From a plasmid: 64,000 nucleotides of DNA. Numbering within the stretch: position 1 is the stretch's first letter; every line of letters starts with the position of its first letter. The DNA lies in the sequence record NZ_CP040393.1; one strand, 5' to 3'. A program made the position numbers and the translations under genes. Of the stretch, positions 18,981 to 30,989 are shown piece after piece. The notes under the pieces were generated by a model, which saw only the letters and a list, made by a program, of their open reading frames with translations, did no database searches and was not told the DNA's origin.

Positions 18981-19418
18981 ATGCACACATCAGTCCCGGT
19001 TTTTCATCCCGCCCGTATCCTGGATGGTTTCATCAAACTGCGCTTCCTGCCCGCGCTGTTCGGTGATGATTTCATCCGCGCTGAAAATAACATCTACATC
19101 TATGCCGCGCGGTATCTCCACGATTACGAGGGGGGCGCGTGGGATTACGCGGTGCTGCCGGAGGGCGGTGGTTTTATGAAGCCGGAGGGCGACACGCGCT
19201 GGCGTTTTGTGAACCCGCTCAGCGACGCCGATCTCAGCCTGGGCAGTGAGGCGGCGGGAATAGTCATCACGGCCCTGGTGCTGAATCACCGGAGCTGGAT
19301 GTATGACCACCATGACGAGGAAGAACTCTGCCGCCTGTACTGCCAGCGTCACCGCGAGTTAATGGCGTATGCAGAATTCCACCCGGAAGCCGACGCCATT
19401 TTGCGCGCCCTTGACTGA
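18981..19418 (+). CDS. klcA: Antirestriction protein KlcA/ArdB family
   Basis: Motifs LPALFGDDF, AARYLHDYEGGAWDY, GGGFMKPEGD, AAGIVITALVL and HPEADAILRALD match KlcA/ArdB. Confidence 0.8.
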   Translation: MHTSVPVFHPARILDGFIKLRFLPALFGDDFIRAENNIYIYAARYLHDYEGGAWDYAVLPEGGGFMKPEGDTRWRFVNPLSDADLSLGSEAAGIVITALVLNHRSWMYDHHDEEELCRLYCQRHRELMAYAEFHPEADAILRALD

Positions 19419-19463
19419 ACACCACCGGGGCGGCGTGGCCGCCCCCTGAAGAGAGACAAACAC

Positions 19464-19874
19464 ATGTACGGAACCGTGAACGCGCTGTGCGCGAAACTGA
19501 CTGAAAAATACACCCCGGATGAGCCGCTGGCACTGATTGTCTGGTCAAAAGAGGACGTGCTGGCCTGTCTGGACGATGACAGCGTGACGGAAGACACCGC
19601 CGCGCAGATTGTCGGCCTGATTGCCGGACTGGACGGACTCCACGAGGGCGGCGTGGGCGTGGAAACCCTGCTTTGCCTCCTGGAGAACCTGCGCGCGGAG
19701 GAAGCCCGGCAGCGCCAGGTTTCGGTGCCTGCCGTCGCCCTGGAAAAAGTGATGGCGCTGGCGGGGGAATTTCTGCGCATGGAAGAGATTCAGGGTGGGG
19801 AGGGAGCGGCGCAGCGTCTTTACCCGGATGAGGCCAGCGCGCTGCGGGCACTGCGCGAAACCCCGGGACGATAA
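19464..19874 (+). CDS. Hypothetical leading-region protein (136 aa), paralog of 17808..18260
   Basis: See 17808..18260. Strong RBS. Confidence 0.5.
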   Translation: MYGTVNALCAKLTEKYTPDEPLALIVWSKEDVLACLDDDSVTEDTAAQIVGLIAGLDGLHEGGVGVETLLCLLENLRAEEARQRQVSVPAVALEKVMALAGEFLRMEEIQGGEGAAQRLYPDEASALRALRETPGR

Positions 19875-20109
19875 CACACCGGGCAGGGACGCCCGGAGCC
19901 GTTCTGCGGCCGCCTGAAAACCCTGCCGCTGCGCGGCGGTGCGGAAAACCCCGCGCCGCTGGCGCGGCTTCTGTCCGCACCTTCCCCGACGGGTTGATGC
20001 AGTATTTCGCTGTTTTGTTGCAGATACTCACCGGTTGTTTGCTGTTTTCCGGCGTTTTGATGTACGGAATGCGATTTTTATGCATCAGACGTCAGGTAAA
20101 CCACCGGGG

Positions 20110-20626
20110 CATGGCCCCCTCCGGCTTCCCGTCCGTACCGGCCGGGTCGTCGAGCCACACTCCGCTAAGCGGCCGCGCAGCGCCCGCCAGGCTCCGCCGA
20201 ACCCCTGCGGGTTTCGGGCTGTTCGCTAGTGTCTGAGGGCTGACGTCAACGGCCCGCTTGCTGCGACCGTGCCGGTCGCGCCGCTGTCACCGCCCCGGCG
20301 CAGCCGGGGCTTTAAGGGCGACCCGGCGGTGTGACGTTGCCGGGTCGGGTGTGTGCATTCTGTCCGTCCGGCGATGTCCATCGCCCCGGACGTCCCCTGC
20401 GGAGGGCTTTTCGTAGCACCGTTCGCCCGGAAAACACCAGGGTGAAGTGCACGCGCAGGCGCGCCCTGGTCTTTTCCGTTCGCCCGTCGCTACTTTGCCC
20501 TTCGCCGCAGAGGAACTCACCGGGGAGATGGATTAACCATCACCACAAGGGGAAAAGCAGAATGCACACACACAACGTCAACGTCAAAACCGCCACAGAA
20601 GAATCTTCCAGGAAGATGGGGGAAAA
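20110..20626 (+). repeat. Repeat R1 (~520 bp). It is highly structured and GC-rich. Candidate Frpo/ssi-type single-strand promoter element
   Basis: Near-identical copies lie at 34463..34984 and 37455..37977. Multiple imperfect hairpins are present, e.g. cggaaaacaccagggtg..gcgccctggtcttttccg. It ends 64 nt inside a + strand ORF. Confidence 0.7.
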
Positions 20627-20846
20627 AGACACGCCTCAGGAAAATGCCCGCCAGGCGCGGATCCTGATCAGAAAACTGAACCGGTTGCAGGACGGGATCA
20701 CCGTCTTTACGGCCTCTGCGTCAGCAAAAGGCGATGTGCAGGTTGAAATCCGTCGCTTTGGCGTCCTGGTGTGGCATGCCTGGTCATTTGAACCGGAGTT
20801 TTTAACCCGTCTCGAAGCGAACCTGCTGAGCGTTCAGCAGAACTGA
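20562..20846 (+). CDS. Small ORF (94 aa) starting inside repeat R1. It shares the N-terminus MHTHNVNVKTATEESSRKMG with two other ORFs
   Basis: RBS aagggga is 8 nt before the ATG. The first 20 codons are identical in all three repeat copies, then diverge. Confidence 0.45.
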   Translation: MHTHNVNVKTATEESSRKMGEKDTPQENARQARILIRKLNRLQDGITVFTASASAKGDVQVEIRRFGVLVWHAWSFEPEFLTRLEANLLSVQQN

Positions 20847-20872
20847 AACCCGATCACCACAGGAGAAATACG

Positions 20873-21232
20873 ATGAAACCGTCCCTTGCTGCCACAAAAA
20901 ACGCGGTCGGACAGTCCGCCGATATGCTGCCGCTGCTGCGCATCCGTCTGCCGGATAACTGGACTGCCGAGTTTGACAGGGTGGACACCCGCTTTAACGA
21001 CTGCTGCAACTGGCAGGTGATGAACGGCTCAGATCGCGTTCTGTTCAGCACCCGCATGTACCAGCGTTTTTCCGATATGAAGTCCGGTGTGATTGCCACC
21101 GTGGATGTCTGTGAGGGGCGTTCTTCTGAGTCAGACAAGCGCCAGGCGGAAGCCGGAAAAATGTTACTGGCGGTGCTGGACAAATACCCGTCCTTTGCCG
21201 CGCTGGCGAAACACCCGGATTGCCTTAACTGA
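20873..21232 (+). CDS. Hypothetical protein (119 aa)
   Basis: ORF with RBS aggagaaa. No motif. Confidence 0.45.
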   Translation: MKPSLAATKNAVGQSADMLPLLRIRLPDNWTAEFDRVDTRFNDCCNWQVMNGSDRVLFSTRMYQRFSDMKSGVIATVDVCEGRSSESDKRQAEAGKMLLAVLDKYPSFAALAKHPDCLN

Positions 21233-21300
21233 TTAAGCGCCGTAACCGGAGGGCAATCCGGCTACGGCATAACCACCACCGTAACTACAGGGAAACAATA

Positions 21301-23307
21301 ATGGTCAGTACGAATACTACGGCGAAACCCGCCACCAAATCCACCCGTAAAAAAGTGAGCGCGGAGGTGCTTGCCGCCGAAGAGGCGCTGCGTCTGGCTC
21401 CGGTCGGCTACGCCCCTTTTTCCCGCTTTGTGGCGTCTGAATTCAACGCCCGCATCATTCAGCATACTTACGAGGAAATTGCCGCCTATGCCGCGTCAAT
21501 CAGGGCGCTGGGGATCCTGCATAACCTGATTGTGGTCGAAAACGACGATGGCACCCTGGGTGTGGTGTGCGGCAACGGGCGCAGACGCGGCACCGGGCTG
21601 CTGGTTGAACAGGGTGTGATCGGCGCTGATGAGCCGTTTATCCCGTACAAAGTCATCCCGAAAGACCTGGCACGGGCGGCATCCCTTGCGGAAGACAGCC
21701 ATAAAGCCATGCACCCGGCAGAGCAGATCATCGGTTTTCGCGTAATGGCCGCAGAAGGCAGCACCCCGGCGCAGATTGGTGACCTCTTCGGCTTTTCTCC
21801 CCGCCACGTCCAGCGCATCCTGAGCCTGGCTAACCTCGCGCCGGAACTGCTTGAGGAACTGACCCACGACCGCATTACCCTGGAACTGTGTCAGGTGATG
21901 ACACTGGAACACGATCAGAGCCGCCAGCTTGAAATCTGGAACACAGCCAGAGCGACGTTCGGCAGCGGTATGCCGTATGTGTCATGGCTGAAATCGCAGA
22001 TCAGCAATATCAAAATCCGTATGGACTCCGCCCTGTTTCGCTTTGTGGGTGAGGAAGCCTATCTGGCAGCGGGGGGAATTATCGATCGCGACCTGTTCAG
22101 CGATGAGGGGGAGGGCTTTGCTGACCGCCTCCTGACCGGACGGCTGCTGCGGGAAAAACTGGCGGCGGAGGCTGAACGTCTGAAACAGGAAGAGGGCTGG
22201 GCATGGTGTGACAGCCGGATGGACGAACTACGGGAAGACGCGGAATGGCGGCTGCCGGAACCGGAACTGACGGCGGAAGAAGAAGCAGAAACCCAGAAAC
22301 TGTTGGATCAGATCGAGGTGTGTGAGACGGAGGATGATGAAAACCGCCTCTGGCAGCAGATCGAGGACATTGAAGAAGCGGCCATGATGCGCATGTTCAC
22401 CCCGGATTTTAAGGCGGCGCACGGTGTGGTGGTGTCCTTTGAATGCGGTAGTTACCACGTCCAGCGCGGCGTGAAACATGTGGACGCCACGGAGGACAGC
22501 GGCAACGACGCTGATGATGCAGGAACAGAGAGCCGCCTGCCGGACGCCACCGGGAAAACCCTCGCATACACCTCAACCCGCACCCGTATTGAGGCGGATA
22601 AGTATTCTGAAAAACTGGTTAAGGCCATGTCTGCCGAGCGTACCCTGGCGGTGCAGGGTGCACTGGCCGGAAAACCGGATATTGCCGTTGCCCTGCTGGT
22701 CTGGACGCTGTGCCGCGAGGTCTTTGATGCCAGACACAATCACCGGGTCAGTCTGCCGCTGGACATCACCCTCCGTCAGCAGTGGGGGCTGAAAACGGAT
22801 GCCCCGTCCGGCGAAAACGGGCAGGGGGTCACCACGCTGCGGAACATGAAACGTGCCCTGAAAGCTGAACTGCCGCTTAAGTGGGAACAGGATTTCACCT
22901 GGCTGCTGACCTGGCCGGCTGACCGCCTTCATGCCCTGCTCGGCTTCTGCATCGCCACGGGTATCAGTGGTCAGCAGGAGCGGGAAATGGGTTTCACCCA
23001 GGCCAGCAGGCTGGACAACCTTGAAGCCGCGATGGACTTCGACCTGCGCGACTGGTGGCAGCCGGACGCTGAGAACTATTTCGGCAGGATCAGCAAAGAC
23101 CAGATCGGCGATGCGCTGGCCGAAGCCGGGTGCGAAGACCGCGCCCGTGAGGCGCTGAAACTGAAAAAAACAGAGGCCGCCTTACTGGCCGAAAAAACGG
23201 TGGCCGAAAACCGCTGGGTTCCGGGCTGGATGAAACGCCCGGAACCGGCGGCACAGCAGGACACCGCTGACGCCCGCAACGTCACCCACACTGACCACGC
23301 CGCATAA
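21301..23307 (+). CDS. ParB/Srx-like nuclease-domain protein of the leading region (668 aa)
   Basis: The N-terminal ParB-like box GNGRRRG lies in the context LIVVEN..G...VVCGNGRRRGTG. This matches the large leading-region ParB-like proteins of F-like plasmids. Confidence 0.7.
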   Translation: MVSTNTTAKPATKSTRKKVSAEVLAAEEALRLAPVGYAPFSRFVASEFNARIIQHTYEEIAAYAASIRALGILHNLIVVENDDGTLGVVCGNGRRRGTGLLVEQGVIGADEPFIPYKVIPKDLARAASLAEDSHKAMHPAEQIIGFRVMAAEGSTPAQIGDLFGFSPRHVQRILSLANLAPELLEELTHDRITLELCQVMTLEHDQSRQLEIWNTARATFGSGMPYVSWLKSQISNIKIRMDSALFRFVGEEAYLAAGGIIDRDLFSDEGEGFADRLLTGRLLREKLAAEAERLKQEEGWAWCDSRMDELREDAEWRLPEPELTAEEEAETQKLLDQIEVCETEDDENRLWQQIEDIEEAAMMRMFTPDFKAAHGVVVSFECGSYHVQRGVKHVDATEDSGNDADDAGTESRLPDATGKTLAYTSTRTRIEADKYSEKLVKAMSAERTLAVQGALAGKPDIAVALLVWTLCREVFDARHNHRVSLPLDITLRQQWGLKTDAPSGENGQGVTTLRNMKRALKAELPLKWEQDFTWLLTWPADRLHALLGFCIATGISGQQEREMGFTQASRLDNLEAAMDFDLRDWWQPDAENYFGRISKDQIGDALAEAGCEDRAREALKLKKTEAALLAEKTVAENRWVPGWMKRPEPAAQQDTADARNVTHTDHAA

Positions 23308-23350
23308 ACAGGATACGGTTGCCCCCTTCCGGGGCAACCGGGAGAAAACA

Positions 23351-23782
23351 ATGAAAAAATACACTCTCGCTGCACTGAATGGCATGTTCCCGGCAGATCT
23401 TGAAAGCGTGCGCGAAAGCGGAGACGAAGAACGCCGCCAGTTGAGCGACGCGGTGACCGGTCTGGTTGCGCTGCCTGCGGGCTGGCGCGTGAATGCCGAA
23501 TACCGGGGCGAATTTGGTGGTCAGTTTCCCGTGCAGCTTCGTTACGCCCCGGACGGGGACAACAACTGGTTTCTCTGCCTGTGCAGCCCCGGCGAAATGC
23601 TGCCGTCATGGACACTGTTCCTGCTTGCCCGCGACGGCAGCCTGATAAGAATACTGCACCAGTCTGCAACGCTCTGCCCGGATGTGATCGGTGGTCTGCT
23701 GGCGCAGGTGGCCGGTATGCACCGGTTTAACTGTTCGTCCGTCACGATTTCTGAACTGCTGAATGCGGAGGTGGTGTCATGA
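23351..23782 (+). CDS. psiB: Plasmid SOS inhibition protein PsiB
   Basis: EYRGEFGGQFPVQLRYAP...LCLCSPGEM matches PsiB. Confidence 0.85.
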   Translation: MKKYTLAALNGMFPADLESVRESGDEERRQLSDAVTGLVALPAGWRVNAEYRGEFGGQFPVQLRYAPDGDNNWFLCLCSPGEMLPSWTLFLLARDGSLIRILHQSATLCPDVIGGLLAQVAGMHRFNCSSVTISELLNAEVVS

Positions 23783-24513
23783 TCCCCGCCAGTCACTCCC
23801 TTGTCACCCTTAATCCCGCACGGCAGGCCGCCCTTCAGGCCATTGCGGAGGTGGAGCAACGCCGTGAGGAACGCAGACGCCAGTCTGACGATCACCCGGT
23901 GACACGCGCATTCCTGCGGCGGCTGACAGGTCAGAGCCGCCTCACACACAGTACGGCCAGACTGATTCCGGGGCTGGCATGGGATCCGTCCTTTAAACTC
24001 TGGACGCTCAGGAAACTGGAAAATGCGCTGGAACGGCTTCTGGTGAGTCAGGGGGAACACTGTTTTTCGCCCCTGTCGGAGGCGGTGCAGCAGTGTCTGT
24101 TCCCGGACGTGGTCTGGCGGAACACCTCCCGCACGGAAAAACGCGCGAAACTGCGCTGGCACAAGGTGCAGCGGCAGGAAGACAAACGCCACTGCCATGA
24201 GGCCATGCTGCATCAGAGCCTGGTTGCGCGCGCGCGGGTGGATCTGAATTTTCAGTCGCCGGAAACGGTGGGGGCATGGTATTCGCGCTGGTCAGACGAA
24301 CTGCACGAATACGAACTGGCCCCGATATTCTGGCAGTGGCGCGGGCGCTTTGCTTCGCTGGACGAGCTTCTCTGGCACCGGGACGCTGGCGACCCCCTGT
24401 GGGTGGTGTTCTCCGTCCTTCGGGATATTGTGAACGAACAACCTGACTGCCTGCGCGGGGCTGACCGCTGGCGCGTGCCGGACAAGCTCAGCCACCGCCG
24501 GGAGGACATATGA
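23779..24513 (+). CDS. psiA: Plasmid SOS inhibition protein PsiA
   Basis: It is translationally coupled to psiB. The 244-aa size fits and the N-terminus is PsiA-like. Confidence 0.75.
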   Translation: MIPASHSLVTLNPARQAALQAIAEVEQRREERRRQSDDHPVTRAFLRRLTGQSRLTHSTARLIPGLAWDPSFKLWTLRKLENALERLLVSQGEHCFSPLSEAVQQCLFPDVVWRNTSRTEKRAKLRWHKVQRQEDKRHCHEAMLHQSLVARARVDLNFQSPETVGAWYSRWSDELHEYELAPIFWQWRGRFASLDELLWHRDAGDPLWVVFSVLRDIVNEQPDCLRGADRWRVPDKLSHRREDI

Positions 24514-24868
24514 CGCACGCAGAAATGGCAGACCTTTGTCACGCAGGAAAAATGCCTGAAAAACAGGCAAAAAGGCCGGACTGAGCCTGGTGGACGCGGT
24601 GCGGGTTGCGGTATAATGGCGGTGGCGCTTGAGGCTTTTTGCCTCATGATGTTCAGGTGGTTTGTTGCCGTGTTGTGAGGCAGAAAGAAGAAAGCCCCGA
24701 AGGTAATTTTTCAATTAACCAACAGGGCCAACTCTATGTCTCGACAACATCAGAGTAGCCGTTTACCCGCCGTAAGGCAAGGAGAAGAGGCTATGTGTTA
24801 ATCCTATGCAGTAATGTCCTTTTGACCCATTCTGAAATGTCCCCGTAGCTTCTCAGCCAGGATATTTC

Positions 24869-26212
24869 ATGTCAAAAGAGATCATTAGCATGAGCCTTAA
24901 AGAACTTGACCGTCTCCAGATAATTCGGGATTCAGTCAGCCGACAGATCACCCAGGAGCAGGCTGCGGACCGTATAGGCATATCAATCCGGCAGGTAAAA
25001 CGTCTCGTTCAGCGCTACCGGATCGAAGGTCCTCAGGGACTGGTTTCTCGCCGCCGAGGACAACGTCCCAATAATGCTTTTACGCCGGAATTTCGGACTC
25101 TCGTCATCTCACTTGTCAGAGATAAATATCCGGATTTCGGCCCCACTTTTGCCTGTGAGAAATTACGGGAGATCCATGGACTGGCTTTGTCGGCCGAAAC
25201 TTTGCGCAAGTGGATGGTTGAAGAAGGTTTATGGCGTGAGCGACGCCGAAAAATTGCCCGCATTTATCAGCGTCGGCAACGGCGCCCATGCTATGGCGAA
25301 CTTATTCAGATTGACGGTTCTCCGCATGACTGGTTTGAAGAGCGTGGGCCTCGCTGTACATTAATTGTCTTTATTGATGACGCCACCAGTGCGCTTATGG
25401 CGCTCCGCTTCGCTCCTGCAGAAACGACACGTGCTTACATGGAAACGTTACGTGATTATCTCGACAAATATGGGCGTCCCCTTGCACTGTATTCTGACAG
25501 ACACAGTATTTTCCGTGTGAATAACCCGGAACGTGAAGGCGAGCTAACACAATTTACCCGTGCAATTAAAACTCTTGGGATCGAGCCGATTCACGCCAAT
25601 ACTCCTCAGGCTAAGGGCCGGGTCGAGCGGGCTAATCAGACGTTACAGGACAGACTGGTTAAAGAATTACGCCTTCGCAATATCAGTGATATCGAATCAG
25701 CTAACCTGTGGTTATCTGAGTTTATGAAGGATTATAACTCTCGCTTCGCTTCAGTCCCTCGTGAAAATGGTAACGCTCACAGGGAGATTCTTCATTCTCC
25801 GGAAGAACTTAACTACATACTCTGTTATCAGTCCCGTCGGGTGCTTTCCAAGAATCTGACCTTCCAGTATAAAACGAGTGCATATCAGATCCGTTCAGAA
25901 GGGCAGGGATACCGTCTCAGGCACGCGATTGTCACGGTTTGCGAGAACTTTAACGGTGAAATAACGGTGCTTCATGAAAGTCGACCGTTGGGCTACGAAA
26001 AATATGTCGATGGGCCTGAACCAATACCGCTTGATGATGAAAAGAGCGTACATGAGCGTGTGGATAATGCGAGGTATAATTTGCGCTCAAAATATTACGT
26101 CAAACCTGCTGCTGACCATCCCTGGATGACACGGCGAACGCAGAGCAAAGATGATGTGAAGCCGCCAACGTTACCCAGAAAGAAAGTAGGCCCGGATACG
26201 ACTCCAAAATAG
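24869..26212 (+). CDS. DDE transposase with an N-terminal HTH and an rve-type core (447 aa). It resembles ISNCY (IS1202-group) or IS481-family proteins
   Basis: Catalytic triad context IQIDGSPHDWF / LALYSDRHSIF / RVERANQTLQDRL. The IS ends were not determined. Confidence 0.65.
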   Translation: MSKEIISMSLKELDRLQIIRDSVSRQITQEQAADRIGISIRQVKRLVQRYRIEGPQGLVSRRRGQRPNNAFTPEFRTLVISLVRDKYPDFGPTFACEKLREIHGLALSAETLRKWMVEEGLWRERRRKIARIYQRRQRRPCYGELIQIDGSPHDWFEERGPRCTLIVFIDDATSALMALRFAPAETTRAYMETLRDYLDKYGRPLALYSDRHSIFRVNNPEREGELTQFTRAIKTLGIEPIHANTPQAKGRVERANQTLQDRLVKELRLRNISDIESANLWLSEFMKDYNSRFASVPRENGNAHREILHSPEELNYILCYQSRRVLSKNLTFQYKTSAYQIRSEGQGYRLRHAIVTVCENFNGEITVLHESRPLGYEKYVDGPEPIPLDDEKSVHERVDNARYNLRSKYYVKPAADHPWMTRRTQSKDDVKPPTLPRKKVGPDTTPK

Positions 26213-26227
26213 TGCTTACAGCATTAG

Positions 26228-26515
26228 TCAATTGCGATTAAGGGTTGCATTATAAATGTCGTCGTTTTCGCGTTTGCCTACACCGATAACAGTGACGGTA
26301 ACAATGTCGTCCTCTACACGATAGACAAGGCGGTATCCGGCACCACGTAGCTTAATTTTATACTGGTCCTTACGTCCATGTAGCTGTGATGCCGGAACTC
26401 TGGGGTTCTCCAGGCGCTCTTTGAGCTTCTTTTTGAATTGCACCTGCAGTGTATGACCCAGCTTCTTCCATTCTTTCAGAGCGGATTCGTTGAAAGCCAG
26501 CTTATAGGTCATCAA
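26228..26515 (-). CDS. relE: RelE/StbE-family toxin
   Basis: 95 aa. The RelE/ParE fold signature ...KKLKERLENPRVP...GYRLVYRV.DD.V.V..IGKRE is present. Confidence 0.8.
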   Translation of the reverse strand: MMTYKLAFNESALKEWKKLGHTLQVQFKKKLKERLENPRVPASQLHGRKDQYKIKLRGAGYRLVYRVEDDIVTVTVIGVGKRENDDIYNATLNRN

Positions 26516-26750
26516 TATTGACCTCTATAACCTTTTCTCCGCTTCGCTCATCAGCCATCCGTCCCAGCTCTTCATCTTCCAGAAGTTCCATCAACTGGGC
26601 ATACAGTGCCGGTGGCACGCAGTAGAATGCAGGCTCATTACGATTCAGAATGGCTACCGGAGCGCCATCCCCGGCGTGGAAAGTACCCATAGGGTCACGT
26701 TTAAGCTCAGTAATGCTGGCTGCCGTAGTGGTCAGAACCTGAAATGCCAT
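26502..26750 (-). CDS. StbD/RelB (Phd/YefM-type) antitoxin
   Basis: 82 aa, overlapping the toxin start. Phd/YefM-like N-terminus with an acidic C-terminus. Confidence 0.75.
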   Translation of the reverse strand: MAFQVLTTTAASITELKRDPMGTFHAGDGAPVAILNRNEPAFYCVPPALYAQLMELLEDEELGRMADERSGEKVIEVNIDDL

Positions 26751-26940
26751 AATGTTACCTCCTCAGTTTGAGTGTTAATTTTAGATCATTTAAATGCACC
26801 TTTAAAGGTGCTTTTTGTTGGGGTTTATCCGGTAATAAGGCTGGATAGCATGATATGACTTACTGAGAAAAGTTGCAGAAACAGGAAAGAGGGGAGGCGA
26901 ATGTATTGAAATCAGGGCCTAAGCACTTTTGTGCGTTTAT

Positions 26941-27100
26941 ATGCAGTGAGGTAAAATTCATCTCCTGCGTTTCTGGCGGTTTTTCGGGTGGTTTGTTACC
27001 TGTTTTACCGTTCTGCCGTCAGAAACGCGCTGAGGCCGTCTGAGCGGTGCGCGTAATGACGCGTTATGGTAAATCTTCTGAAGTCATGTCCGCTGTGAGC
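26941..27100 (+). repeat. ~150-bp structured repeat, copy A (partner at 32790..32945)
   Basis: About 75% identity to copy B. It contains the hairpin gcgtttctggcg...cgtcagaaacgc and the conserved tail ttctgaagtcatgtccgctgtgagcg. Confidence 0.5.
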
Positions 27101-27278
27101 GCAGGCTGTGTGAAAACTCATAGCTTCAATTAGCCAAACAATATTTCTCATCTGTGTTTTAAGAATGTCGTTTAAGTTGACGAGGTAATCTGTGATTTTA
27201 TTCGGATGACTCAGAAGTTTTTATTGCGGGGAAGAACCTGATATCTGTTGTTACTGGAGGATAAAACGGCTGGAACCG

Positions 27279-28165
27279 TTAGCCGTATTGTTCCTGCAGC
27301 TGAATTATCAATCCTGCAGTACCCCATATCGATAGCATCCTTTTCAGGTTATAAGCCAATATATGTAGACTGATTTCCGTACTGACGTTTTTAAATTTCC
27401 GCATCAGGAAGTGCGTTGCACCCATCCACATTTTAATTGTCCCAAACGGATGTTCTACCGTTTGCTTTCGCATGACCACCGCCTGAGGAAATGACTCAAG
27501 CCTCGCATGCATTTCTTCCATTTCAGCTTCATGAACCCAACGCCGTATACGCCTTGGATCGCGTTTTGATGTAGTGCATCTGGAGCGCTGGCTGCAATCG
27601 CGACAGGCAATATTGTTAAAGTACAACTGTTGCTCCAGTCCGTCCTCTGTTGAGGTAAATCGATTCTGAAGCTCATTGCCCATTGGGCATACATAAACAT
27701 CTTTTTCCCTGTTATATCTGAACATTGAGCGGTTATAGAGCCCCTTACGTTCAGCACCAGAGGTATCTCCCTTTGGCACCAAAGCCACTGCTCCGCTATC
27801 CAGAACTGTTTTAATATCGCTGCGACTGTAATACCCTTTGTCGGCCAGTACTGTTATGTCTTTCCGGCCAACAGCTTTCTGAGCCAGTGTTGCCATTGAA
27901 CCAAGTTGTCCATTATCTGTTGTGTTGGTGACTTCATGCGCAACAATCAAATGGTTTTTCGTATCCACAGCTGTCTGAACGTTGTAGCAAACTTGCCGGT
28001 TCATATTATTTGTTTTCATCAACCGGGAGTCAGGGTCGGTTAAAGAGAGTTGTTTATCTGGCTGTTGTGCGACTGCTTGTTGAATTTCCTGAAGCTCACG
28101 TAAGCGCTTTTTTAGCCAAGCCAGTTTAGTGGCTGTTAACTTTGTGTTTGCATCGGGCTCAGTAT
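27279..28165 (-). pseudogene. IS1182-family transposase, C-terminal part. The gene is interrupted by the IS21-family insertion
   Basis: Reading across the IS with one copy of the target duplication removed restores a continuous frame: ...DEADKYT|EPDANTKLTATKLAWLKK... Confidence 0.65.
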
Positions 28166-28223
28166 TGTTACCAACGATGCAAAACTGATCCACCCCAGCG
28201 GTTGAAAATTGATCCAGGGGTTA

Positions 28224-30053
<1,830 letters not shown>

Positions 30054-30121
30054 ACAAGGTGGATCAATATTAAACCGTTGGTGGTGACGGTAAGTGGATC
30101 ACTTTTTACCCGTTGTTGACA

Positions 30122-30746
30122 CAGTATACTTGTCGGCTTCATCCAGCTTGTTTAAATAATAAGTAATACTTTGCTCAACGCGCTCAATATGGTCATTGGC
30201 TTTCTGGGATGTGAAGTTGTTGGGTTTGCTGTTTACTGCTTTGAATTTGCTGCCGTCAATGGCAACAACGACATCAGTGAACATTTGCATTTGCCGGCAC
30301 AGGCCAATAAAGGCCCGACAGGCATTCCTGATACCTTCACCGTTATCTTTTCTGAAGTCTGCAATGGTTTTAAAGTCAGGCGTTAATCGTTCAAGTAACC
30401 ACATCAGTTCAACGTTCCGATGGGCCTCTTTTTCCAGTCTACGGGAGGACTGAATTCGGTTGAGATATCCGTAAATGTACAACTTCAGTAGGGTGGCAGG
30501 GTGATATCCGGGCCGTCCAGTTCGCTTTGCATCAACTCTGCTGAAACCAAGAGAATCAAGCTTTAATCCATCTACAAATATATCAACCACTCTGACGGGG
30601 TTATCTTCAGTGACAAAATCATCCAGTGTATCAGGGAGCAATGTCACCTGATGCCTGTCTTGTCCTTGAATGTGATGGACCATGTCGGTATCCGCAGTAT
30701 TCATTTGTATGCTTATAATTTTAATGAAAAAGTCATTCCGTCGCAT
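30122..30746 (-). pseudogene. IS1182-family transposase, N-terminal part (partner of 27279..28165)
   Basis: The N-terminus MNTADTDMVHHIQGQDRHQVTLLPDTLDDFV is typical of IS1182-family transposases. The frame continues into the C-terminal fragment. Confidence 0.65.
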
Positions 30747-30989
30747 GGGTTTATCAAGAATGGTTGATCATATGAAACCATCGCTTAGACCAAAAAGTGA
30801 TCAGGAGTTTTCACACAGCCTGAGCGAGGAGCGGAAGTTCGGAATCCATACTCACATCAAGGTGTCCTGAGCCATGGGAGCAGGTCACCCGAAGCAGGGC
30901 TGCACTACACCATCGGTTATATCCGGACCAGGCTGGCGAACCGGAAGAGTCGATTGTGCACCCGGTTCGCCGGTCTGATAACCGGTGTT